The notes below the pieces were generated by a model, which searched no databases, was not told where the DNA came from, and was given only the letters and a program-made list of their open reading frames with translations. From Antedon mediterranea (lineage: Eukaryota > Animalia > Echinodermata): a stretch of DNA of 64,000 nucleotides. Positions within the stretch are counted from its first letter, which is position 1. Each line of letters begins with the position of its first letter. A program made the translations under genes and the position numbers. Of this stretch, positions 48,957 through 63,356 are shown one piece after another. Where the stretch lies: contig NC_092677.1 of the NCBI RefSeq assembly GCF_964355755.1, forward strand, positions 3,494,101 to 3,558,100. The letters are read 5' to 3'.

Positions 48957-51900
48957 ATGTTTGGAAAATCTTTATTGTTTACTTGTTTGTTTATATATAT
49001 TTATACATATTCTTTATGTGTTGATGCTGAACGTTTTATTAACGAAGTAGTTCTGGACGAGAAATATGATTTTATTCTGAAATGGAAACTTGATGAACAA
49101 AATATAATCTTCGAAATGAGTGCTGTTACGTCAGGGTACGTCGCTATTGGCTTTTCTCCTAATGGTGGAATGCCAGGATCGGATATCGTTGTCGGATGGG
49201 TGAAAAACGGAAAAGCATTCATATCCGTAAGTTGTATTTGTGAATAACCTAACTCGTCTTGGACGATTTCTAGTCTAGTTGTTTACAGTATGAATGAATT
49301 CGCTGCTTGAATATCATTTATTTTCAATATATAAAAATATTTAAAACTTGTTGTTTGTATACATAAATATAAAAAAAGCATAAAAACAATTAAAAAAAAC
49401 ACGATAATGAAAGTATATAGACAAAGGAAAACATCCTATAATAACAAATTGTCATGAGGCCTACAATAATGAAACACAGTCTATCATTTTCTACTAATCT
49501 TATAGATGTATTTTCAACGGAGTAAATTAACATATTTTCCTAAACTATTATATATATCTAACTATTCGTAATGTATTATGTAGGATCGGCATGCAACCGC
49601 CTATGCCAAACCAGAGGCGGATACATCTCAGGATTACACTCTTCTGTATGGACGTGAAGAAGGTGGTCGAACGACAATTGGATTTAGCCGAGCATTGAAG
49701 ACGTGCGATGACAAGGATAACGTTCTAAATGTAAGAATGCTTAGTATTTAAGCTTGGTTCCCACTGGAACGTAACGCAAGGACGTAAACGCAACGAAAGC
49801 GTTTTAACCAATGACAAGCGAAGTTATAGACAGTTAGCAATCACAAGCGAATATGCCATCGCTTGTGATTGGTCAATTCACTTGTGTTGCGTTATGTCCT
49901 TGCGTTGCGTCGCTAGTGGGAACCACGCTTAAAGGCTGGTTTCCTGTCGACGTAAGAACATCACTTTTGTTACGACTACGTCGATTTGTCGTAAGAAATG
50001 CGGATTTTACAGGAAACCGATTACGATCGAAAATTTATAAAATCGACGTAACGTAAGAAAAATGGTAACGACAAACGATTTTACAGGAAACCGATGACCT
50101 AACAATTGTTGCGTTACGACGTTTTCTTCCGATTTTACAGGAAACCGGGATTTTTTATCTTACGCTTGAATGAACGCCCTTGCGTCACGTTTCTTACGTC
50201 TCTTACGAAAGTTGACTTGAAGTCAACTTTCGCAAGAGACGTAAGCGCAATCGTAACAAGCAACCAATGAGCGACAAGAGTTATGACGTAATGTGTATGA
50301 CCTTACAGTGAAATATGGCCGGACAATAACATTTGTATGTATTTATCGTACTACTACAATTTTAGCCCACTTTACGATGTTGTACAATGTACATACTTTA
50401 CAAATGCACAGTAGTTTCAATATAATATTGTTCTAATCAGGGAGTTTACAACTCATATCAAAATATAATACTCTTATTTATGGACGTGCAATAAACAATC
50501 CGCATTGAAACCGACATTCTTCTGTTCTATTTGTCGGTAGAAACGTCGCGATAATGAACATTTGCAACAAGATAAGATATAGAAAGCCCTTGTAAGCAAT
50601 ATAATATTATTATGTAACTTTTAAAAAAAATGTTTGCTTGATTTTGTATAATTTATATTGTTTTGTCAAATTTATTCTTATTATAGGTAAATAATGGGTA
50701 TCTTACTGCGTTAGTACTATCTCATGCTCGATTAGAGTACGGTATGCCTGGGCCCATAGGTAGGTCTAATAATAATAGGAATCCCGAAATGATTTGCCGT
50801 TTTTTAATTTTGAAAACTATTTAAGGCTAGGCCCACTAAGGCCAGAATAATTAATTCATATTTTGGTTCATACAATAGTGCATAGGCCTAGCCTATTAGC
50901 CTGGCTCCTAGGCTAGTTTGATTATATTTTGGTCAAATCCATTCCTATTAGTACAGTATTAATTAAGTATTATTACTAATACTAGGGCCTAGCCTATCTA
51001 CTAAAAATAATATGTTGGTGTGCTGCACTGCACTGACACTGAGTAGCTACAGGTACAATAACAACATTCAACATTTCGCGCGAAAAATGATAAAACCCGC
51101 TCTAAAAAGAAACACCAATCATAGATGTTGTTTCAAATACGTCATAAATCTGACCGACGAAAGAAAAAAAATTCAACTTTCGTAACAACACTAAAATCGA
51201 CGTAAGCATACGACGTGTGTTTCACAGCCAAAATTTCAACTTTCGGGAGCAGCATAACTACAGATGTTTCTCTGCGGCCTGACACGATCTTGACTAACGT
51301 CAACGACGTCAATTTTTTCTCAACTTTCGTAAGAGACGTAAGAAACGTATGAAACGCAAGATTCGTTGCAAAATTCGACTTCTTACGTCGACAGGAAACC
51401 AGCCTTAAGCCTGTTTTCCTGTCGACGTTATTCGACGCTATCGTTAACAAAAATCGGCGATCTTCAACGTAAACATAGAAATGTTAACGATTTACAGGAA
51501 AAGGGACTTTTTGAACTAACGATGACGATACAAAATGTCGGCGATTTACAGGAAAAGGTGTAATAATCGACGGTAATCGACGCTACAAGTCGCGATCGTT
51601 GACAATCGCAAGAGTTGAATCCAGTTCAACTCTAGCGATATCGCAACGCTAAAACGTAAGAACTGACCAATCATCATGGCGATACAGCACATGACGTCAC
51701 ATAATTGATGGCAAATTCTGCTGATTACATTTTATTTTTGTTGCATCGCGGCGCGGTCAAAGCTAGGCCTAGCCTTACCAAAGTTACTATAAAATGATGT
51801 TCCGGAAAGTAGGCGCGGGGATATTAGGTAGGTCAAAGTCTTCAGCCTAGTCCAAAATGCTATTTGGACTAGGATAGGCCTACTGAAAACGAAGAACCAT

Positions 51901-54900
51901 CAGTATAGAGATATTAGTATGCCTAGGCCCACGTGTCCTACACTGTGAGCCTACTGCTAGAGGCAGGGGAGTCCTCTATTCACGTCGAGAAAGAAGACCG
52001 GAGTTTCAACTCTAACGTTCAACGCTAGAAATCAAATGTTCGCGCTATCGTTAACATTTCAACTTGATCGTTTTCAAACGATCGTCGTTGAACTTTTAAC
52101 GATTAACGATGATAGCGTCGACTAACGTCGACAGGAAACCAAGGACGTAACGCAACGTAAGGGATTTGACCAATCACAAGCGATGGACTAATTCGACTGT
52201 CGCTTGTCATTGGTCAACACGCTTGCGTTGTGTTTACGTCCTTGCGTTGCGTTATAATGGGAACCAAGCTAAAGTATGTCAGTGGTATGTGATTATATAT
52301 CGTGGATCTTTAACATGAGTTGGCACATAGGTTAATAAAACACATATTCACACCGAGTCTCTTGCACATGCGTAAACGAATTGTTTACAAATCTTCGCAT
52401 TAATCAAACGCGAGCCTCTCGGAAGTTCTAGGTTCGTGAATAGGATGATACAGTGTAGGTTCATGAGTGTATTTGGAAGTGCTACGAGGACGTTTTGATT
52501 AGTAAAAATAATTCCACTTCTTAATTTAATCTCGCACCACTCCTTTCCAACCATATTAGGATTAAAAATAAACTGTTAATTTATTTATTTATTCACCTCT
52601 ACCAGCTACAGGCCTACTTTTAATTTTACTTTTATATTTTGTTTTCATTTTGTGGTGTAAACACTTTTTATCCACACATTAATATCATCATTGACTTTTT
52701 TCATTATATTTATTTTTTTAATATTTTCTAGTATCTTTTCTTTCATTGTTACAGTTAATTATTATCAACTTTTGTAAATTAAAAGTGTTCATATTCTTTT
52801 CACATATTCCCTACTTTTGTTATTATTCTCTTAAATGTGTCTATACTATTTGTACTTCGAAGGCAATGCAAATAATATGTACATATCTAGTACCAACCTC
52901 TTCAGGCCTCGTGGCCCATAAGGCCGCAGCGGCAATTGTCCAGTTAGTTCTATTAGTGGCGATTTGTTTTGCTTCGTTCCATGTTCTCCATCCAAAGTAT
53001 TAATTCTCTCTCTTTTTCAACTGATCTCCACCATGTTGTTTTGGGCCGTCCGACTCTCCACCTGCCTTCTGGTTTCCATGTCATAGCTGTCATACACTGA
53101 CTATATTGTTTTCCATTCTCATCACATGGCCGATCTATTTCCATCTTTTGATCTCGGTCTCTTTGCTTAATTTTTTTTTCTATTTGAAAAATAATATTGT
53201 TTGATTCTGTATCATTACAGGATGACACTATGAGAATCATCTGGGCTGTGAACAACCTTGATCCGGAGGATTACGATGATCTTTCGTACCATGGCTCGTC
53301 CAGAGGAGTACGCTCCGTTTTACTTACTGCTGCTATAGAAAATCGAGTCGAATTACCACATGATGCTGAGTATTTTGAAATGTTCATGCCAAATGTAAAT
53401 AACTTGATTTCTATCAATAATCTTCTGACAAGTACAAAACAACGAAAATCAGCTAAATTAATTTGTACTTTATTTACATAAATACATAACTGGCTTGTTA
53501 AATGTAATGTGAATGTAACTAGTGCCATCACATATACACGGATGGGAAAGACGACTAATAGTGATAAGATTTATTTATCAAAAGAAATCCAAACTTTCAG
53601 ATTTTACTCTAAGTATTTCTTTATACTGGGTAGCTTTTTCAGTCAAAGACAGTTCTCCGCCGAGGTCCCAGTTATGATGAGTGGATGTCATTGAGAGGTA
53701 TAACATACCTCAATGGTTTAATTTTTCAGGTGACGGTATCGAGTGATCGTGACACAACCTACTGGTGTGCGTCATTTGCAGTTCCAAGATTTGAAAGGCC
53801 AGTTCACATTGTGCGTCTTATGCTAAATGATTAGGCCTACTTGACCGTTTTCCACTAACATTTTGGTTCTAAAACAATGGGCCTAGGTAGTATGAAGTTT
53901 GATACCAGCTGTAAGTCAGATTATTAATATTAATTTGGAGATTTGCCAAAGCATGTTTTTTTGCATTCATAAATATACCGCTAATCATGTTTGCCATTAT
54001 AGGAAATCCGGAGACTACGACCCTTCACTCCCATAATTAAATTTAACATAGGCCTAATTTGGTATCAAACACATGTAATATGATTTCTGTTTGATTTGAT
54101 AGGCGGAGACAATTGTCCAAAAAGGACACGAGTATCTGGTGCATCATCTGATAATGTACGGTTGCAAAGGTACGAACACAAGCTGGTCAAGTAGATGTAA
54201 TAGTGAACGTATGCCGCCTGATTTACAGGCGTGTGATCGTATGATGTATGGATGGGCAATTGGTGGTGGTGTGAGTATATTACAGATAAACTGAAAGACA
54301 AACAAACAAACAATAATGTCCATTTTGTATAGCACATTTCAACAATAATTCATGCTCATGGCGCCGTGTACTTCAATGCTTTTAAACTACATGTATGCTT
54401 CAACTCCCTAAAGCTGGGTTTACACTATCAAACTGTATGTGACAAAAATGTGATGTGCCCATAATATGGACATGTTGATGTCATATCACTACCTTATTTG
54501 GGCATATCACTACCTTGGGCACATACAATTTTTTTGTTAAACTAGTTTAATAGTGTAGACAGAGCTTTAGGGTCTGACATAAATCAGTGGCCGTGTGAAC
54601 TTCGTGCTACCAGCCTACTCGTCTAAACAGATGCACACAATGTATTTTTTGTACACTGGACTGGACTGTGTTACATAAGAAAGTGACCCGGCTGAAATAT
54701 TTCATATTATATAATTATTAATTCATGTTCCACGTACTATAGCCTCTTGTCCTTCCGGAGCATGTTGGTATTTCTCTTGGCAGAAAAAGTGATCCCACTG
54801 TTATTTTCATAGAGATGCATTATGACAATCCTGCACTATCACCAGGTAAGTCGATTTTATTTCAGAAACTGTATAAAACTTTAAAAATGAAAAATAGTAT

Positions 54901-57900
54901 TCATTACAATACCTTTAAAAGTTTGTTTGCAAACTACAATTTTGCCACTTTTTGGAGAAGGTTGTACAGCCATAGACTGGGTTCCCTACATTCAGTCACA
55001 ACCTTCTCCAAGCAATGGTGGCAAACCCGGTGGCGTAACGGCTATATGAGTGCTCACTAGCTAAACCCAGGGGCCCCGGAGCTTATGGGCCCCTGAGCAG
55101 TGTCCAGAGGAAAAAGCAGGCATTAAAATATGTCGGAAAAGGATAAAAGCTTTTTGGAGGGAGGGCCACTTATACAGTAGTTCCAAAACCAGGGGCTTCA
55201 GGTGTTATGCCACTGGGCAAACCCAGAGTTCGAAAGTGTAGAATAACGCTTAAACTGCAAACATTTCAACATCGTTGATTGTATCTTTAGATTTCCACGA
55301 CAATTCTGGTGTCAGGCTTTACTACACACCCACACTCCGTCAATACGAGGCAGATGTGTGGGCACTTGGAGAGAACGTTACCCCCCTGCAAAGCATTCCA
55401 CCCAATGAAACGTCATTCAAGACATTTGGAGTTTGTTTTAGTAATTGTACAAAGAAAGTAAGACCTGTTATTAGTTAAATTGCAAATAGGTCCAATGACG
55501 CGCATTAAGTCATTCTAGTAATTAATCATGCATAACGGAGTGTAACTAGCGCCATCACAGAGGCGTATACGGAATGCTTCAAAAGAGTTGGCCTTATTAC
55601 TAAACTTCTTCACTCTTAAACAATTAAGAAAGAATTTAAGTAATTTACCAATAGTTTTTGCTATAGGCCTGCATTGTCTGTTTCCAATATAAAGACTATT
55701 ACAATCTGGCTACCACAATATTTTTTTTTTATAATTTAAAGGTCTTGCAGGAAGACATTAAATTAATGTTGGTAATGCTTCACAGTCATATTGCAGGTAT
55801 GTTTTCCTATCCCATTTGGTACACTGTAATGGTGATCTCTTTCCTGCAGTAAAAGGAAAAATGTAGGCAAAGTAGGCCTAACGTAAAACCTGCTTTGTGT
55901 TTTTAAATCCAAGTATATTACAGTATTTTAAATAATGAGCTTTCGGGACCGAAGGAGATGGTGATTAACGCTACTTCAATGCAATCGGAACAAAAGACGG
56001 CGCCGTTCAACTCCTTTTTTTAACTCAATTTTCTATTATTTCACATAGCGCTGTGTCTTTCGTTCCGTGAAACAGAACATGCAGATTGTAAATGTGGTGA
56101 ATATTACGCTGCGCATGCGTATAATCCAAGTGTACTTTTTTATTTTGCGTTTTTAGCTTGGCAAATCAGTCTTCAACAATATTATAGTACTTTTGGTAGA
56201 TTTAACGTTCGTCCTTACCGACCCGAAAATGATCATCTGATTCAGCTTAACAAATCAAAACCAGAACTAAACTTGTTTGTTTTGTTTGCGTTCTTAGCCC
56301 GGAAAATCAGTCTTCAGCAGTATCGAAATGGAAAGTTGATCGCTGATTTGGCAATAGACGACAACTATGACTTCAACCTTCAGGAGAACAGATACTTAAA
56401 ACCTGAGAAGATTATTAAAGCCGTAAGGATTTCTAGTTAGAGCTTGATTCCCACTATAGAGACGCAATAGATGGAGAAGGGCATTTGCATAGATTGCGTC
56501 GCTAGTGGGAACTATAAAGGGGGGGGGGGGGGAACCACGCATAAACGATAGATGTTTCAGGTGGATCCGTAGTATAATCCGGATGGAATTAAAATCATCC
56601 CGCCGTTTTTACCATTTTAGTCTACACTATAGGTTCATGCAGGAAACAAACTTAGAATTCCAAAAAATAATGTTCATATGCTATCGACCGTGCATTTTGA
56701 CGAAGCGCAAATAGTAGACTACGTGGCCCTTTTCAAAAAACATCCTGAAAACGCTATGTATAAGTTGACTTGAGGTGCGTAGTAGAAATGCGCGTCGTGA
56801 AAACTTAATTAAAATATTTTAAGTGTCTCATTGGTCACCGATCATTTAAGGCAAATTTACACAAACGAGCGGTAGCAGGATGTGCAACCCTGCTATGTAA
56901 TGTATAGTTGCCGGCGGTAGGTAGCTCATCTTTGTGTATTTGGCAATTCGGGCTATAGTTGCAGTGTCTCGCGTTATATATAGTAATACAATTATAGTGT
57001 ATAAAAATGTGTATATCGAAATAATTTTTTTTATGGCCTATTTCTTTTTTCTTTTTTTTATATAGGGTGATGACTTAGTTGTGACGTGTACGTACAACAC
57101 AGTGGGTAGAACTTATATTACAACAGTAAGCCGCCTAAGATGCTTATAGTTCTAGACGATAACGAAACGATATATTACATACATAAACATTTTTCCTACA
57201 CCAAACAAAAGAAACTAGAACATCTCTCTAATATTATTTCCCAAGTTTAATAAAAAATGACGTCATGATCAATAAGAAAAATAAATCGTATGCATTTTAG
57301 CGTGCCTTTAATTAATAAAATATTGTTTTCATCAAACACAGAATCGTGTTTTCTGTTTATAGGGCGGTCAAAGTACAAAAAATGAGATGTGTTTAGCGTA
57401 TCTCCTTTATTATCCCAGGCAAACTCTTGCTGGTTCCTGCCTTTCAAATCCATCCTTACAGGCCTACTTTGAAGCATTCAACATACCAGCTGGGTAGGTA
57501 AAGAAATAGATTATTGGCTTAGAATTGGTCCCAACAATAAGTTATCTTATAATGTAAGGGCGTGTGGCGCAATGTGTTGGACGTTCGACTATACTACTGA
57601 TCGTGAGATCGAGGTTCGAATCCAACTCTCGCTTAGAGATTTCACAACATTGGGCGCTATATAAATCCAGGATATTACTATTATTATTATTATTATTATT
57701 ATCTACATCAATTAATAAAAGAACCTTGATTGATTTGCATCTCTGAATAGATCATGTGAAGCTGAAGCTTGCCTTGACACGTTAGCTTCTTCAGTCGACC
57801 CAGAGACGTTGAGACGAGGCTTGTATGACGTTTCATACAAGGGAAAACGGCTTGATATTTGCTTAGATACGTACTTTGAAGAAGTAGACGTAAGTAGGCA

Positions 57901-58285
57901 TAAATAAATCAAACCAAAGCTAATTCATTTTTATTTACTTTCTCAATAATTATAGTCAAAATAACAGTTACCTATGCCTTCCTACCTACCTACTTACAGT
58001 AGTAAGTAGTAGTACTTACCGTATCGAAAATACACACACAAACAACGATAACATTAATATTCATATTTAGATATTTATTTTAATACTCTTTTCTTTCTTC
58101 AGGGTGTTCCGTATCCCGAGGAATTCCCCGTGTGGTTCAGTGAGAACGACCGGATGGAAGATTCCAACGATGTATGCAGTAAGCCTAACAACTCGCCGAG
58201 CAGTAGCGTGACATTGAGGGCAGCATCATCTACCATAGCGTTGTTGATACTCATAGTGTCATGGTCGCTAACACTCTACGCCTGA
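48957..58285 (+). CDS. MOXD1: DBH-like monooxygenase (MOXD1-like) copy 3; exon-4 donor deleted
   Basis: Exons at about 48957-49227, 49584-49730, 53221-53394, 53730-53810, 54103-54270, 54742-54844, 55291-55457, 55742-55796, 56298-56422, 57065-57124, 57363-57493, 57751-57889 and 58083-58285. Copper ligands are intact. Confidence 0.88.
49932..51405. mobile_element. Non-autonomous TIR element (Harbinger-like), ~1.47 kb
   Basis: AAGGCTGGTTTCCTGTCGACGTAAGAA...TTCTTACGTCGACAGGAAACCAGCCTT with repeated subterminal TTTACAGGAAACC. Absent from copy 2. Confidence 0.85.
51407..52140. mobile_element. Related non-autonomous TIR element, ~0.73 kb
   Basis: AAGCCTGTTTTCCTGTCGACGTTATTCGACGCTATC...GATAGCGTCGACTAACGTCGACAGGAAACC. 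Absent from copy 2. Confidence 0.85.
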
Positions 58286-58336
58286 ATATTTTACTATGCA
58301 TCTTTTCTATATGAAATTATGTTTTTGTGAAATTAA

Positions 58337-61300
58337 ATACAATATTTTGTGTTATTCTCATAGCAATACATTCTAAAACATATTTTATAAAAAATAATAG
58401 TATTCATACCCATAAAACTAGACCCTCCTGTAACCTCCACCCTCCCCTTACCAAATTAACATTAATGCAACATAATATCCGTTATAGTGGCACCAAATTA
58501 TTTAATGATCTCCACCTTCATCAAGGATGTATATTGTTATAAAGACAGCTAAAGACTACAGCTTCAGGAAAGACCTAATGAAAGGGGTCTTTGACAGGGT
58601 CATTTATGGTAAGTTATAATTTCTTCATTGTTATTATGCCTTGTCTGCAAATCTGAAAATCTTCAAAGCTCTGTCTACTCTGTGACAAAAAATGTGGTGT
58701 ACCCATATATGGACATGATGATGTCATAATACTGTACCACCATATTTGGGAACATCACACAACTTTTGGGCAAAAGTACTTTTTTACTGTTTAAGCAGTT
58801 AAAATTTAAAAAGTAATAATCTTTTTTTTTTCAAAACAGGTATCAAAGGCAAGTCAACACTTGTGAAAACTGCTGTAGCAAGCATGGAAGAGAGAAGAGG
58901 TGAAAAACCTACAAAAGCAGATGCTGTAGCCGCACACAAATCTAGAATTCGATGAATTATTACAATCCGATCTGACCCAAAAGAATCGAAATAAATATTT
59001 GCATTTGTTTTACTTTATACAGTACTGTACTTTACAATGGATTGATTGTTTTAAACAAACTAATGTATATATGTTATTGTTACTGTTTTATTAGATCCAA
59101 AACACAAACGCAAAAAAAAAATTAAAATGCTTTCATTTAAATTTATTGTTCACAGTACAGTACTTCAAAATTATTTTTTTTAATGCATTTGGATATTACC
59201 TGTATCTATGCAGTGTTCAAGAACTATACACAAATATTTAATTGTACAAAAATGTTTCATATTACCTAAAATATGCAGTACAGTACATACAGTATTCATG
59301 TCGTCGTTTTATAATGCAATTTATAGAAAATATTATAACTGTAGATGCTGCCAAAAGAATAATAATATTTCTACAATGTGATAGAAGGAATTTCTTTGAA
59401 AATTATTACACAGTACTACTGGACTAGTCTCACAATACTTTTGAATAAATTATTTAGTTTTTTTAAATTGTTCTGCCATGTTCATTCTGAAAAGTCATTG
59501 TCAAAAGGAACTTCATCATCTATGAATCATGTGTAGTTATCACTCTACTCGGAATATTTATCTCTAATCTTCCACACACAGCAAGCTGGAATTGCTCTTC
59601 TATCTCCTTTGCTGAGTTTTTAGTAAACCCACCAGATGTAACAACGATATGCTATATACCTATATGTTCTGTAAATGAAGCAGAATAACTGTGTAAGCAT
59701 ACTGAATAGGCTTAGTAATGTTACTGGCATATTCACTTGGAACTTTAATGTAGTACAGTATTGTTTTTCTGTTGATTATTTAGTTTATTTCGTGAGCAAC
59801 GGGCTTGCTGAGTTAACAACAATAACATTTATTATTATTTCCTACTAAGAAAAAGGGATCGTTTACGATTTAGTTTATACCGTTCTTAGAATAATCAGGA
59901 AAGGATTCTGAATTGATGTTACTGTTTGTTTTTTTTTCTTCCTGCCAAAACAATCAATGGCATACAATATTTTGTGTTATTCTCATAGCAATACATTCTA
60001 AAACATATTTTATAAAAAATAATAGTATTCATACCCATAAAACTAGACCCTCCTGTAACCTCCACCCTCCCCTTACCAAATTAACATTAATGCAACATAA
60101 TATCCGTTATAGTGGCACCAAATTATTTAATGATCTCCACCTTCATCAAGGATGTATATTGTTAAGCGAGTGAAGACAGCTAAAGACTACAGCTTCAGGA
60201 AAGACCTAATGAAAGGGGTCTTTGACAGGGTCATTTATGGTAAGTTATAATTTCTTCATTGTTATTATGCCTTGTCTGCAAATCTGAAAATCTTCAAAGC
60301 TCTGTCTACTCTGTGACAAAAAATGTGGTGTACCCATATATGGACATGATGATGTCATAATACTGTACCACCATATTTGGGAACTTCACACAACTTTTGG
60401 GCAAAAGTACTTTTTTACTGTTTAAGCAGTTAAAATTTAAAAAGTAATAATCTTTTTTTTTTCAAAACAGGTATCAAAGGCAAGTCAACACTTGTGAAAA
60501 CTGCTGTAGCAAGCATGGAAGAGAGAAGAGGTGAAAAACCTACAAAAGCAGATGCTGTAGCCGCACACAAATCTAGAATTCGATGAATTATTACAATCCG
60601 ATCTGACCCAAAAGAATCGAAATAAATATTTGCATTTGTTTTACTTTATACAGTACTGTACTTTACAATGGATTGATTGTTTTAAACAAACTAATGTATA
60701 TATGTTATTGTTACTGTTTTATTAGATCCAAAACACAAACGCAAAAAAAAAAATTAAAATGCTTTCATTTAAATTTATTGTTCACAGTACAGTACTTCAA
60801 AATTATTTTTTTTTAATGCATTTGGATATTACCTGTATCTATGCAGTGTTCAAGAACTATACACAAATATTTAATTGTACAAAAATGTTTCATATTACCT
60901 AAAATATGCAGTACAGTACATACAGTATTCATGTAGTCGTTTTATAATGCAATTTATAGAAAATATTATAACAGTAGATGCTGCCAAAAGAATAATAATA
61001 TTTCTACAATGTGATAGAAGGAATTTCTTTGAAAATTATTACACAGTACTACTGGACTAGTCTCACAATACTTTTGAATAAATTATTTAGTTTTTTTAAA
61101 TTGTTCTGCCATGTTCATTCTGAAAAGTCATTGTCAAAAGGAACTTCATCATCTATGAATCATGTGTAGTTATCACTCTACTCGGAATATTTATCTCTAA
61201 TCTTCCACACACAGCAAGCTGGAATTGCTCTTCTATCTCCTTTGCTGAGTTTTTAGTAAACCCACCAGACAACGATATGCTATATACCTATATGTTCTGT

Positions 61301-61594
61301 AAATGAAGCAGAATAACTGTGTAAGCATCATACTGAATAGGCTTAGTAATGTTACTGGCATATTCACTTGGGACTTTAATGTAGTACAGTATTGTTTTTC
61401 TGTTGATTATTTAGTTTATTTCGTGAGCAACGGGCTTGCCGAGTTAACAACAATAACATTTATTATTATTTCCTACTAAGAAAAAGGGATCGTTTACGAT
61501 TTAGTTTATACCGTTCTTAGAATAATCAGGAAAGGATTCTGAATTGATGTTATTGTTTGTTTTTTTTTCTTCCTGCCAAAACAATCAATGGCAT
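58337..61594 (+). repeat. 1633-bp direct tandem duplication of the Kolobok remnant
   Basis: Near-identical ORFs at 59242 and 60875, with a junction at ~59962 (GGC-ATA-CAATATTTTG). Confidence 0.93.
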
Positions 61595-63356
61595 AACATA
61601 GGCCTAGGCTTAGTAGTAGAAAACATACTACTAGGCCTAGTAGTAGTAGTACACATACGCCTAGTAGTAGTAGTAGTACACAGGCCTAGTAGTAGGACTA
61701 CTAGGCTACTGCTGTAGGTCTAAACAAAACTAGAGTCGATGTAAATGAGATATAAAGATTCGGTAATACCGTACGTAAATTAGTAATGCAATACTGTATA
61801 AAGACTCGATAGTATGTAAATGAGATATAAAGATTCGGCAATACCTTAGTACGTAAATTATTATTGCAATACTGTAAAAAGATTCGATAGTATGTAAATG
61901 AGATAAAAAGATTCGGCAATACCGTATACGTAAATTATTATTGCAATACTGTATGAAGATTCGATAGTATGTAAATGATATAAATATTCGGCAATACCGT
62001 ACGTAAATTATTAATGCAATACTGTATAAAGATTCGATAGGAGAGTTCTCAAGAAACGTCGGGTCAAGAGATATAAATAAACAAATAAATAGTACGTAAA
62101 TGAGACATAAAGGTTCAATAGTATGTAGATTATGATGCGTAAATTATTAATGATTCGATAGTAGGCCTATATGTAAATATATTTAGTTAGTTAATATTAA
62201 AATACAAAAAAAATATACATTGATTTATCGGCAGGCAAACTAAATTATTATAGAAATATAAAGATTCGATAGTACATGATCTGGCTTATATTTATTGGTT
62301 TGACCATACATACAGCTGTAACTCAACTCGTCATAGGCCATGGCGTTGACAACCGACAATCAAAGATTGTGGCGTTCAATACAAATGACGATATTAAACT
62401 GGCGGCCGCTTTAGTTTGGCGGCCGCTTCGACAATACTCCGTTTGTGCCTGCCTAACTAATACTCTAGGCTTTAGCTAGTTATAATAGTATGCAGTAGGC
62501 CTAGAGTAGTAGAAAGGGGCCAAATCTGAGTGGGAGAGTAGGGCCTACTCAACTCTGAGTCTAGCCAGTGTCTCTCTGTACTTACCGGTTTGTCATTTTA
62601 TCCTGTTGTACTTTCCCTCCAAGGATTTCTTTTTTACAGGCGTAAACAAGTTCTAAGACGTCTTTAGTCGCATATCAGTACAAGTTTAGTATTTCAAGAT
62701 GTCGTATAAGATTTCTTCTTCAATATTAAGGCTTGTCTCAGTAATTTCAAATCGATCATTCTATATAGATAAATGCATTAGCTGTCAAAAGTGAATTGAT
62801 GGGTATTGAAACATTTCAACATATTAAAGATTATAATAATATCAACTATGATTTTGACAGTTATTATCATATAGCATGATACAAGTCATAGTTTAGTACT
62901 TTAAAGGAAATGAACTAAAGTGAGGTTGATGAGAATGTCTTGATGTTTCGGTTTTTTTATACTATTCTAAATGATTTAATCACTGAATCTTGTGTCATTG
63001 GTATATAAATCTCTAGAAAATACCTCATGATTGTATTGGCTGTTCACTTTGTTGCATTGTGAATTTGACATCCCTCCAAGTATTAACATTAGAAACATTG
63101 TTAAAAATAATGATTTTAGAATTATTTCCATTTTCCTATCATGATGTTATGGACAGTTCCTGCAGCATCCATGTTTTTAAGAGGTATAGGATGTACAAGG
63201 GTGCTAGAGTGTGTCAAACAACAATGCTGTCCCATACTTAGATGTGGTCTCCCTAAGGTGTCAATCTGCAGCTTGGACCAGTTGGTTCTGATTGGCTTTG
63301 CAGGTGTTGGACCCTTCTAGGCAAATATCAAATCAAGCAATTTTCAAGTCAATCAT

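Larger units (their letters stand above)
47156..63356 (+). repeat. Tandem segmental duplication unit containing MOXD1 copy 3
   Basis: Near-identical ORFs at 47157 and 63357, and at 46859 and 63059, give a 16,200-bp period. Confidence 0.92.
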
